Of a stretch of DNA of 52,352 nt, positions 29,891-38,238 are shown one piece after another; within the stretch, counting starts at the first letter, position 1; every line of letters starts with the position of its first letter. This DNA is from a virus (taxonomy: Duplodnaviria > Caudoviricetes). The DNA lies in IMG/VR virus record IMGVR_UViG_3300023110_001238, positions 1-52,352 of that record. One strand, 5' to 3'. The notes under the pieces are model-generated. The model worked only from the letters and a program-made list of their open reading frames with translations. It had not been told where the DNA came from and did not search any database. The position numbers and the translations under genes are program-made.

Positions 29891-30564
29891 AATTATCTAC
29901 ACAAACTATATCAATCTTAAAGAACTTTGGTGCTATCAACCAAGGCATCTTCTTTAAGAAAGGTAAAACACTAAAGACGGTTTCTTCTCATAAAAATATT
30001 CTTGCACAAGCAAATATTAATGAAGAAGTTCCTGCCGAATTTGGTGTTTATGATTTAAATAACTTTTTATCAGTAATCTCATTGAGTGCTGATCCAACAT
30101 TTGAATTTGAAGATAAGAATGTTGTGATTGTTGGCAACAAAGGTCGTTCTAAAACAAAGTATCGTTTTTGTGAGCCAACAATGATTGTTACACCTCCTGA
30201 AAAAGAATTAGCAATGCCTGATCCTGAAATCTCAATCTCATTATCAGAAGATGACTTTGATGATATTATGAGAACAGCTTCTGTTCTTTCTTCTCCACAA
30301 ATTGCTGTTGAATCTGATGGTAAAAAAGTTAATCTTGCTACATTAGATACAGCAAATGATTCTGCTCATACAAACACACTCGAACTTGGTGACGGTGATG
30401 GTAAAGTTTATAAAATGATTTTCAAAACAGAAAATCTATCAAAGATTTTACCAGGTAATTATAGTGTGAATATCTCATCAAAAGGTATCTCACATTTTAA
30501 AAACAAAGACGCCGACTTACAATATTGGGTTACAACTGAACAAGGTTCTAAATTTGGTGCTTAA
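29887..30564 (+). CDS. gp45: Sliding clamp gp45
   Basis: MKLS..TISILKNF..INQ.I, FGVYDLNNFL; precedes gp44-gp62-regA. Confidence 0.92.
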   Translation: MKLSTQTISILKNFGAINQGIFFKKGKTLKTVSSHKNILAQANINEEVPAEFGVYDLNNFLSVISLSADPTFEFEDKNVVIVGNKGRSKTKYRFCEPTMIVTPPEKELAMPDPEISISLSEDDFDDIMRTASVLSSPQIAVESDGKKVNLATLDTANDSAHTNTLELGDGDGKVYKMIFKTENLSKILPGNYSVNISSKGISHFKNKDADLQYWVTTEQGSKFGA

Positions 30565-30593
30565 TTTTTATTATTATATTATGAGGTGTGTGA

Positions 30594-31526
30594 ATGGAAC
30601 ATTTATTATGGACGGAGAAATACCGACCTAAAAAGATTGTTGATTGTATATTACCTGAAAGGTTACAAAAACCATTTCAAGAATATGTCAATCAAAAGAA
30701 TATCCCTAATCTCCTTTTATCTGGCGGCGCAGGCGTTGGTAAAACCACCGTTGCAAAAGCTATGTGTGAAGAGATTGGTTGTGATTATCTAGTTATCAAT
30801 GGTTCAGATGAAAGTGGCATTGATACTTTCAGAACCAAAATCAAAAACTATGCTTCATCTATGTCACTTGCCGGTGGCAGAAAAGTTATTATCATTGATG
30901 AGGCAGATTATCTAAATCCAAACTCAACTCAACCAGCTCTTCGTAATGCAATTGAAGAGTTTGCTGGTAATTGTTCATTTATTTTTACTTGTAATTATAA
31001 GAATCGTATTATCGAACCTTTACATAGTCGATGTGCGGTTGTTGATTTTGCATTGAAGAATAATGAAAAGGCTGAAATGGCAAAACAATTCATGCAAAGA
31101 ATTGAATATGTTTTGAATATTGAAAAGGTTGAGTTTGAAAAACCAGTAATTGCTAATCTGATTACAAAACATTTTCCAGATTTCAGAAGAGTAATCAATG
31201 AACTACAAAGATACTCTCAATTTGGTAAAATTGATACTGGCATTCTTGCTCAGATTGGTGATGCTAAACTTGATGATATTATTAAACATATCAAAGCAAA
31301 AGACTTTGGTGCTATTCGTAAATGGGTTGGTGTTAATGATATTGATTCAAATACTTTCTTTAGGCAACTATATGATGCCTTGTATGAAACGATGAAACCA
31401 AAATCAATACCACAAGCTGTTTTAATTATTGCTGACTATCAATACAAAAATGCTTTTGTTGCTGATGGTGAAATTAATCTAGTGGCTTGTTTGACCGAAC
31501 TCATGGCAAATTGTGAGTTCAAGTAA
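30594..31526 (+). CDS. gp44: Clamp loader large subunit gp44
   Basis: LWTEKYRP, GGAGVGKTT, IIDEAD, PLHSRC. Confidence 0.95.
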   Translation: MEHLLWTEKYRPKKIVDCILPERLQKPFQEYVNQKNIPNLLLSGGAGVGKTTVAKAMCEEIGCDYLVINGSDESGIDTFRTKIKNYASSMSLAGGRKVIIIDEADYLNPNSTQPALRNAIEEFAGNCSFIFTCNYKNRIIEPLHSRCAVVDFALKNNEKAEMAKQFMQRIEYVLNIEKVEFEKPVIANLITKHFPDFRRVINELQRYSQFGKIDTGILAQIGDAKLDDIIKHIKAKDFGAIRKWVGVNDIDSNTFFRQLYDALYETMKPKSIPQAVLIIADYQYKNAFVADGEINLVACLTELMANCEFK

Positions 31527-31918
31527 TGAGTAGCCCTTTTGATTATGTAAAAGAGATTCTTTCAGGTAACAAACAACTTATTGTTGATGAACTAACTGAA
31601 AAAGAATACAAGCCATTTCTCACAAACCGTTCATTATCTTATCACCGTGATTGTATCTTTTATGCTAATGAAATGAATCAACACCATCACTTGGATAACA
31701 AGTTACAAAATGATTTTTTACTAAATATAGTAAGAAAAAATAAAAGACCATTTGCTAAGTGGGTTAAGACTGTAAAGAGTGATGATATAGAATGTATAAA
31801 GCAAGTGTATCATATCTCCGACCAAAAAGCCAAAGAAGTCCTGTCTATACTCACACAACAACAGATAGAAGAATTAAAACAAATGGCTAACACTGGCGGT
31901 TTAGGAAAGAAAAAATAA
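31526..31918 (+). CDS. gp62: Clamp loader small subunit gp62
   Basis: YKPFLTNRSLSY...ANEMN; synteny. Confidence 0.9.
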   Translation: MSSPFDYVKEILSGNKQLIVDELTEKEYKPFLTNRSLSYHRDCIFYANEMNQHHHLDNKLQNDFLLNIVRKNKRPFAKWVKTVKSDDIECIKQVYHISDQKAKEVLSILTQQQIEELKQMANTGGLGKKK

Positions 31919-31919
31919 A

Positions 31920-32327
31920 ATGGTAGATTTAAACAATTTTATAGAAGTCACACTCAAACACCAAGATGACTTTCTAAAAGTGAGAGAGACTTTAACCCGA
32001 ATTGGGGTCTCTTCACGCAAAGAAAAAGTTCTTTATCAGTCTTGCCACATTTTACATAAGCAAGGCAAGTATTATATCGTTCATTTTAAAGAACTGTTTG
32101 CTCTTGACGGCAAACCATCAAATATATCCGAGAATGACATTCAAAGAAGAAACGCAATAGCTAAGTTGTTAGAAGAATGGGGTCTGATTAAAATTATGAA
32201 CCCAAAATTACTTGAGGACAATGTAGCACCTTTACATCAAATTAAAATCATATCGTTCAAAGAAAAAGACGATTGGGATTTAATTGCAAAATATAATATT
32301 GGAAAAAAACCAGGCGAACAACATTAA
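31920..32327 (+). CDS. regA: Translational repressor RegA
   Basis: DDFLKVRETLTRIG, LYQSCHILHKQGKYYIVHFKELF. Confidence 0.95.
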   Translation: MVDLNNFIEVTLKHQDDFLKVRETLTRIGVSSRKEKVLYQSCHILHKQGKYYIVHFKELFALDGKPSNISENDIQRRNAIAKLLEEWGLIKIMNPKLLEDNVAPLHQIKIISFKEKDDWDLIAKYNIGKKPGEQH

Positions 32328-32353
32328 TTGCCTCATTTTTAGACCAAATATGT

Positions 32354-32422
32354 TATAAATATAAGCGAGATGCCTAACTAGGGTCTCGCTTTTTTAATCT
32401 TGCTTAATAAGGAGAATATAAC
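32354..32422 (+). promoter_or_regulatory. hsp20 leader: TATAAATA promoter, 5' hairpin and ROSE-like SD-sequestering hairpin
   Basis: TATAAATA 32354-61; hairpin 32363-32391; TCTTGCTT (32398-405) pairs with AAGGAGA (32409-15) with a bulged G. Confidence 0.55.
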
Positions 32423-32911
32423 ATGACATTAGCAAATCGCTTTTCATTTACACCTTTATATCACTCAACACTTGGGTTTGAAAATTTATTTAATGAAGTT
32501 GAGAGAATGTTAGAAGCTACAACAGAAAAAACAAATCACTCTTTTCCACCACACAATATCGTTAAAGTTGATGACTATCATTATGTCGTTGAACTAGCGG
32601 TTGCTGGTTATTCAAAAGATGAAATTGACATTACTGTTGATGACGGACATTTAATTGTAAAGGGCAACAAAGATGAGAAAAATGCTGATTTGGCAGATAT
32701 CACATATCTACACAAAGGCATTGGTCTCAGAGCTTTCACAAAGACATTGAAAATTGCTGACACAGTAGAAGTTCATGGTGCCGAATATAAAGATGGTATT
32801 TTACGAATTGGTTTAGAGAATGTAATTCCTGAAAATAAAAAACCTCGTAAAATTGAAATTGGTAAAGAACTTAAACTACACAAGCAAGAGCTTTTGAAAG
32901 AAACTAAATGA
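32423..32911 (+). CDS. hsp20: Small heat-shock protein Hsp20 (IbpA-like)
   Basis: FPPHNIVK, VELAVAG, YLHKGIG.RAF, DGIL.I.LE..IPE.KKPRKIEI. Confidence 0.93.
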   Translation: MTLANRFSFTPLYHSTLGFENLFNEVERMLEATTEKTNHSFPPHNIVKVDDYHYVVELAVAGYSKDEIDITVDDGHLIVKGNKDEKNADLADITYLHKGIGLRAFTKTLKIADTVEVHGAEYKDGILRIGLENVIPENKKPRKIEIGKELKLHKQELLKETK

Positions 32912-32943
32912 AAGGTGGGGGTATAACTACTCCCATCTTTTTT
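32911..32943 (+). terminator. Probable terminator after hsp20
   Basis: AAAGGTGGG...CCCATCTTT stem followed by T-run. Confidence 0.6.
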
Positions 32944-32975
32944 ACACACAAACACAGACACACAAGGAGAAAATT

Positions 32976-33236
32976 ATGTCTAAATTTGAAACACCAAAAT
33001 TACCAGAAGTAAAATTCAACAAAACAGGTTACGAAATCCGCACTGATGTTTTAGCAATGGCTAAAGAATTGGTTTTGGATGAATACCATACAAAATTCGC
33101 TGGTTGGGAATTAACAACCAAAAAAGATGCAACAACTGGTGAGGTTGTAACTAAAGTTGATATGCCTCAGTATCCAGGTCTCGACATGGTTCTTCAAACA
33201 GCTGAGAAGATGTATAGCTTTATTAATCAGAAATAA
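32976..33236 (+). CDS. Hypothetical protein
   Basis: AAGGAG RBS; 86 aa; followed by terminator. Confidence 0.7.
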   Translation: MSKFETPKLPEVKFNKTGYEIRTDVLAMAKELVLDEYHTKFAGWELTTKKDATTGEVVTKVDMPQYPGLDMVLQTAEKMYSFINQK

Positions 33237-33243
33237 ATATAAC

Positions 33244-33269
33244 GGGGTGAGAAATCACCCCTTTATTTT
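33244..33269 (+). terminator. Rho-independent terminator
   Basis: GGGGTGA-GAAA-TCACCCC plus TTTATTTT. Confidence 0.8.
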
Positions 33270-33283
33270 ATAGGAAAAAGATT

Positions 33284-33748
33284 ATGAACTTATCAAAAAA
33301 TTTTACATTAGCAGAATATACAAAGAGCCAAACAGCTCTTCGTTTGGATATTGATAACACTCCAAATGACCAACATCTAACGGCAGCTAAAGCTTTGTTT
33401 GAAAATGTTGTTCAACCTGTAAGAGACCGATTTGGTCCAACAGTTATCAATTCTGGTTATAGAGGACCTAAACTTAATGAAGCTGTTGGCGGAACACCAA
33501 CTAGCCAACATTGTTATGGTGAAGCGGTTGATATTGAGGTGCCGGGAGTTCCAAATGCCGAAGTGGCAGAATGGATTGTAAAAAATACAGAATTCGACCA
33601 AGTCATTTTAGAATTTTATACACCGGGTATTCCTGATTCTGGTTGGGTTCATGTTTCATATAAAGCAAACGGTGATAACCGAAAACTTGCTTTAACTGCT
33701 ATGAAAGAAGATGGCAGAACTGTTTATAAAACTGGTTTAATTAAATAA
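33284..33748 (+). CDS. Peptidase M15A-family protein (probable endolysin)
   Basis: LSKNFTLAE, SGYR...N..VGG...SQH..GEAVDI, WVHVSY. Confidence 0.85.
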   Translation: MNLSKNFTLAEYTKSQTALRLDIDNTPNDQHLTAAKALFENVVQPVRDRFGPTVINSGYRGPKLNEAVGGTPTSQHCYGEAVDIEVPGVPNAEVAEWIVKNTEFDQVILEFYTPGIPDSGWVHVSYKANGDNRKLALTAMKEDGRTVYKTGLIK

Positions 33749-33759
33749 GGAAAATAACT

Positions 33760-33972
33760 ATGGCTTTAAAATTAGAACTTGAAGTGCAGGAAATTAACAC
33801 CGTTCTTAGATCACTAGGTAAACACCCCTTTGATGAGGTTTTTAACCTAATTCGTAAAATTAAAGAACAAGCTGAACCACAATTTGCTGCTATGCAACAA
33901 GAAGCTGAACAAACAGCTACAACCGAAGAAGACACTAAAGAAACAAAAAAGTCTAAAAAAACAGTTAATTAG
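33760..33972 (+). CDS. Hypothetical protein
   Basis: 70 aa, AAGGA RBS. Confidence 0.65.
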   Translation: MALKLELEVQEINTVLRSLGKHPFDEVFNLIRKIKEQAEPQFAAMQQEAEQTATTEEDTKETKKSKKTVN

Positions 33973-34012
33973 TTTTAATTAATGATTTTCTCTATTGCTT
34001 TTAGCTGAGTTT

Positions 34013-34130
34013 TGGTATAATATAGTAGCGTCAAATAAATTATGTTATTTGATGAATCTCAAGGCAGACTTTGTAGAAATACTCTCTGCTGAGCTGATTA
34101 GATTTTAAAACCTAATCAAGGAGAAACACT
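34013..34130 (+). promoter_or_regulatory. Extended -10 promoter and three-hairpin 5' leader of pqqA
   Basis: TGGTATAAT at 34013-21; hairpins 34029-54, 34058-93 (GAAA tetraloop), 34095-118; AGGAG at 34119. Confidence 0.55.
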
Positions 34131-34202
34131 ATGTGGACTAAACCAGCTGCAACAGAAATGCGTTTTGGCTTCGAAGTTACAATGTATGTAATGAACAAGT
34201 AA
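34131..34202 (+). CDS. pqqA: PQQ precursor peptide PqqA (23 aa, not in ORF track)
   Basis: MWTKPAATEMRFGFEVTMYVMNK: W.KP...RFGFEVTMY with E-x3-Y motif; own RBS, promoter and terminator. Confidence 0.93.
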   Translation: MWTKPAATEMRFGFEVTMYVMNK

Positions 34203-34230
34203 TCATTTTCTGTTAAGAAAAAAAGTAATA

Positions 34231-34258
34231 GAGGGAACTTCGGTTCCCTTTATTTTTT
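34231..34258 (+). terminator. Rho-independent terminator after pqqA
   Basis: AGGGAAC-TTCG-GTTCCCT plus T-rich tail. Confidence 0.85.
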
Positions 34259-34270
34259 GGAGTTTACTAT

Positions 34271-34729
34271 ATGATGACAAGACCAAAAAACGGAGTTGGA
34301 TTTACCTGCTCTACATTTGACTTACTTCATGCAGGCCACATTTTGATGCTCGAAGAAGCAAAACAATATTGTGATTATCTCATATGTGGTTTACAAACTA
34401 ATCCATCTATTGACAGGCCGGATTTAAAAAGCAAACCAATTCAATCTATTGTTGAGCGCTATGTTCAACTATCTGCCGTAAAATATGTTGATGAAATTAT
34501 CGTCTATGAAACGGAAAAAGATTTAGAAGATTTACTTATGTTCTTACCACTCAATGTTCGTATTATTGGTGAGGAATACAGAGACAAAGAATTTACGGGT
34601 AAAAATATTTGTGTAGAAAGAAACATTGATATAGTATTCAATGGCCGTTCTCACCGATTTAGTTCAACCGAATTAAGAAATAGGACATATCAAAGTCAAC
34701 TTGAAAAGATTACCTCAAATAAAGATTAA
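34271..34729 (+). CDS. Cytidylyltransferase (TagD-like, HIGH superfamily)
   Basis: TFDLLHAGH (HxGH), VKYVDEI, RFSSTELR. Confidence 0.85.
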   Translation: MMTRPKNGVGFTCSTFDLLHAGHILMLEEAKQYCDYLICGLQTNPSIDRPDLKSKPIQSIVERYVQLSAVKYVDEIIVYETEKDLEDLLMFLPLNVRIIGEEYRDKEFTGKNICVERNIDIVFNGRSHRFSSTELRNRTYQSQLEKITSNKD

Positions 34730-34749
34730 ATATATTATAATGGACACAT

Positions 34750-35070
34750 ATGGATACTTTAATAATTACATTTAAAACAAACCAGTCAATCATTGGCCAA
34801 GTTGATTGCACAAAAGAAAACAAAGTTAAAATCAAAAAACCCGTTCAGATATATTCACAAATGGGCAAAGACGGTCAAGCGATGATGGGTTTTGCACCGT
34901 TTTTAGAATTTAGTGAAGAGTTTAAAACGGGTATTGAATTTGATATGGATAATGTTTTGTGTATCACCACACCAATCAAAGATGTTGTGAATCAATACAG
35001 TAAGATATTTGGTTCAGGCATTCAAATGGCTACACCAGAAGAACTACAAGCAATTAGAAAAGCGACTTAA
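34750..35070 (+). CDS. Conserved T4-like hypothetical protein upstream of gp43
   Basis: 106 aa, C-terminal NQY..IFGSGI; overlaps gp43 start. Confidence 0.65.
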   Translation: MDTLIITFKTNQSIIGQVDCTKENKVKIKKPVQIYSQMGKDGQAMMGFAPFLEFSEEFKTGIEFDMDNVLCITTPIKDVVNQYSKIFGSGIQMATPEELQAIRKAT

Positions 35071-37613
35071 TGCGAAATTACTTTACTAATGTTCTTGTTT
35101 ATGGAAACAACATATATTACCGAGGTGTTAAAAACGGAGTAAGACATAGAGAAAAAATAAATTACTCTCCAACACTATTTGTTCCATCAAATAAGAAATC
35201 AGAATGGAAATCATTACATAACGAGCCAGTAGAACCTATGAAGTTTGGTTCTATTCGTGAAGCTCGTGACTTTATAAAAAAATATAAAGATGTCAATAAC
35301 TTCAAAATCTACGGCAACGATAGATTTGAATATCCTTTTATCTCACAAAATAATCCAGAAGAAATTATAGATTGGAATTATTCAGACCTTTGTATCGCTA
35401 ACATTGATATTGAAGTTGGTTCAGAGAATGGTTTTCCTGAACCTAAAACAGCATCAGAACCCATCACAGCCATTACAATCAAATTTTCAAATCAACCAAC
35501 TTATTATGTCTTTGGCACAGGCGATTATCAAAAACACCGTGACGATGTAAGTTATACAAAATGTCCTGATGAATATAGTTTGATTAAGGCATTTATGTTT
35601 CTCTGGCAGAAAAACTATCCAGACGGAATCACCGGTTGGAATGTTTATGGTTTTGATATACCTTATATCATCAATCGTTTTACCAAGATTGCTGGTGAAG
35701 ACATGATGAAAAAATTATCACCATGGAATCTAGTATCAACAAGAGAAGATACTTTCTATGGTCGAACAATGGTTACTGGCACAATTGCTGGTGTAGCCAC
35801 ACTAGACTATATGAGATTGTTTAGACGGTTTTCACCAAACAGAAACCAAGAAAACTATCGTTTAGACACTGTTGCACAAGCAGAAGGTGTTGGTAAAAAG
35901 ATAGCATATGATGAATATGAAGGTCTGTTTGACTTATATAAAAAGAACTATCAGTTATTCATTGAGTATAACATACGAGATGTTGAACTTGTTGAAAAAC
36001 TTAATGAAAAAGGCCGACTGATTGAAATGGCACTTACAATTGCTTATGATGCTAAGGTAAATTATGATGACATATTCACTCAAGTAAGAATGTGGGACGC
36101 TATCACACACGATTATTTGTATAAGAAAAAGATTGCAATACCACCAAAAAGTGGCAATCGAAAAAGTTCTGCTTATGAAGGTGCATATGTAAAAGACCCA
36201 CAAATCGGTATGTTTGATTGGGTGGCATCGTTTGACTTGAACTCACTGTATCCACATTTGATGATGCAATACAACATTTCGCCAGAAACAATTGTCAATC
36301 CTGAAGACTATACACAAGATATGCGAGATGTTATCTCATCTAATATATCAATCGAAAAACTTTTACGAAAAGAAATTGACTTATCAAAAGTAAAAGATTA
36401 TACACTGACACCAAATGGCCAGTTCTTTAGAAAAGACAAACAAGGTTTTCTACCAGAAGTCTTGGAAAAAATGTATAATGATAGAACGAAGTATAAGACA
36501 GCTATGTTAAAGGCAAAACAAGATTATGAAAATGCTAAAACACCGCAAGAGAAAGCGGACTATGGCGCTTTGGTTTCTCGTTATGCTAATCTACAATTAA
36601 CTAAAAAAGAATGTTTAAACTCAGCTTACGGTGCATTAGGCTCTGAATACTTCCGTTTCTTTGACATAAGACAGGCAGAAGGCATCACACTTGCTGGTCA
36701 ATTATCAATCCGTTGGATTGAAAAAAGACTAAATGAATTCTTAAATAAAATATTACAGACACAAGGAATGGACTATGTTCTGGCATCGGATACTGATTCG
36801 GTTTATCTCAACCTTGAACCGTTTATATCTAAAATTTACGAAGGCAAACAAATTGATAACACAAAAGCCATCGAAATCATGGATAAATTTTGTGAAGAAA
36901 AGATTCAACCTTTTATTGATAAAAGTTATTCTGACCTTGCACAATATATTAACGCATATGGTCAAAAGATGACTATGAAGCGAGAAGTCTTGGCTGACAA
37001 AGCAGTTTGGACTGCCAAGAAAAGATATATTCTCAATGTTCATAATTCAGAAGGTGTTCAATTTACAGAACCACAAATGAAGATTCAAGGTCTTGAAGCA
37101 ATTAAATCTTCAACACCAGCTGCTTGTAGAGAAAAGATTAAAGAATCACTTAAGATATTATTATCTGGTGATGAAAGTAAATTACAAGATTATATTGAAG
37201 AATTCAGACAAGAATTTAAAACACTTCGAGTTGAAGATATTGCCTTCCCTAGGTCAATGAATGGTCTCAAAGAATATTCAAACAGTAAAACAATATGGGC
37301 AAAAGGCACACCTATTCATGTTCGAGGTGCATTGGTCTTCAATCACATGATAGAACAAATGAAACTTAATAAAAGATTTCAAAAGATTAATGATGGTGAA
37401 AAGATTAAGTTTATCTATCTAAAAGAACCAAACATATTTAAAACAGATGTTATTTCATTTACAAACACTTTACCAAAAGAGTTTCGTATTAATGAATTTG
37501 TTGATTATGAATTACAGTTTGAGAAATCTTTCCTTGACCCACTTAAAATTATTTTAGATTGTGTTGGTTGGCAAACTGAAAAAGTAAATTCATTGGAGGA
37601 TTTCTTTGGATAA
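35070..37613 (+). CDS. gp43: Family B DNA polymerase gp43
   Basis: Exo DIEV, FDLNSLYP, K...NSAYG, SDTDS, KKRY. Confidence 0.97.
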   Translation: MRNYFTNVLVYGNNIYYRGVKNGVRHREKINYSPTLFVPSNKKSEWKSLHNEPVEPMKFGSIREARDFIKKYKDVNNFKIYGNDRFEYPFISQNNPEEIIDWNYSDLCIANIDIEVGSENGFPEPKTASEPITAITIKFSNQPTYYVFGTGDYQKHRDDVSYTKCPDEYSLIKAFMFLWQKNYPDGITGWNVYGFDIPYIINRFTKIAGEDMMKKLSPWNLVSTREDTFYGRTMVTGTIAGVATLDYMRLFRRFSPNRNQENYRLDTVAQAEGVGKKIAYDEYEGLFDLYKKNYQLFIEYNIRDVELVEKLNEKGRLIEMALTIAYDAKVNYDDIFTQVRMWDAITHDYLYKKKIAIPPKSGNRKSSAYEGAYVKDPQIGMFDWVASFDLNSLYPHLMMQYNISPETIVNPEDYTQDMRDVISSNISIEKLLRKEIDLSKVKDYTLTPNGQFFRKDKQGFLPEVLEKMYNDRTKYKTAMLKAKQDYENAKTPQEKADYGALVSRYANLQLTKKECLNSAYGALGSEYFRFFDIRQAEGITLAGQLSIRWIEKRLNEFLNKILQTQGMDYVLASDTDSVYLNLEPFISKIYEGKQIDNTKAIEIMDKFCEEKIQPFIDKSYSDLAQYINAYGQKMTMKREVLADKAVWTAKKRYILNVHNSEGVQFTEPQMKIQGLEAIKSSTPAACREKIKESLKILLSGDESKLQDYIEEFRQEFKTLRVEDIAFPRSMNGLKEYSNSKTIWAKGTPIHVRGALVFNHMIEQMKLNKRFQKINDGEKIKFIYLKEPNIFKTDVISFTNTLPKEFRINEFVDYELQFEKSFLDPLKIILDCVGWQTEKVNSLEDFFG

Positions 37614-38154
37614 TATTCGTGTCATAAAAACAGGTATTAATGTTTCAAAGATAATGAAACAACTTGAACAATATCCAGATGATTGGGAATCACAAAAAGA
37701 CCTTGACGGAAAAGAATCATTACTTGACCGAGGTTATATGTATCTTTCAGCTGGTGTATTACAATTGATAGTTGGTGGTGTAGAACGACCTGATGAATTT
37801 GTTGGAGATTCAGAGATAAATATAAAGACACCCGCTTATGAAAGACACACTGAAATTGTTAGATTTCTAAAAAGAAACTTTCATAACCATTGCCGATGTG
37901 GATTTATATCTATTGAAAAAGATGCAGAAGTTGGACAACATATTGATGAAGGCACTTACTATCTTTCCAAAGACAGATATCACCTATCAATTCAAGGAAC
38001 ATACGACTATACCGTTGGCGGAGAAACTTATAGAGTTGAACCTGGCACATTACTGTGGTTCAATAATAAGTTATCTCACGGAACAAAAAATGTGGGTGGC
38101 TGCACAAGAATTACTTTTGTGTTTGATGTTCCCCACCATAAATCAAACCCATGA
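37606..38154 (+). CDS. 2OG-Fe(II) oxygenase, aspartyl/asparaginyl beta-hydroxylase-like
   Basis: HID...RYHL...G.L.WFNN...H...N....R..FVFD jelly-roll pattern. Confidence 0.75.
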   Translation: MDNIRVIKTGINVSKIMKQLEQYPDDWESQKDLDGKESLLDRGYMYLSAGVLQLIVGGVERPDEFVGDSEINIKTPAYERHTEIVRFLKRNFHNHCRCGFISIEKDAEVGQHIDEGTYYLSKDRYHLSIQGTYDYTVGGETYRVEPGTLLWFNNKLSHGTKNVGGCTRITFVFDVPHHKSNP

Positions 38155-38178
38155 TTGAGGTAAATAACCATTTTATGC

Positions 38179-38208
38179 TTGACATAAAACACAATTTAGG
38201 TGTATAAT
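38179..38208 (+). promoter_or_regulatory. sigma70-type promoter for uvsX
   Basis: TTGACA-18 nt-TATAAT. Confidence 0.7.
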
Positions 38209-38238
38209 AATACAATCATACTTATGAGGTCATTCTAA

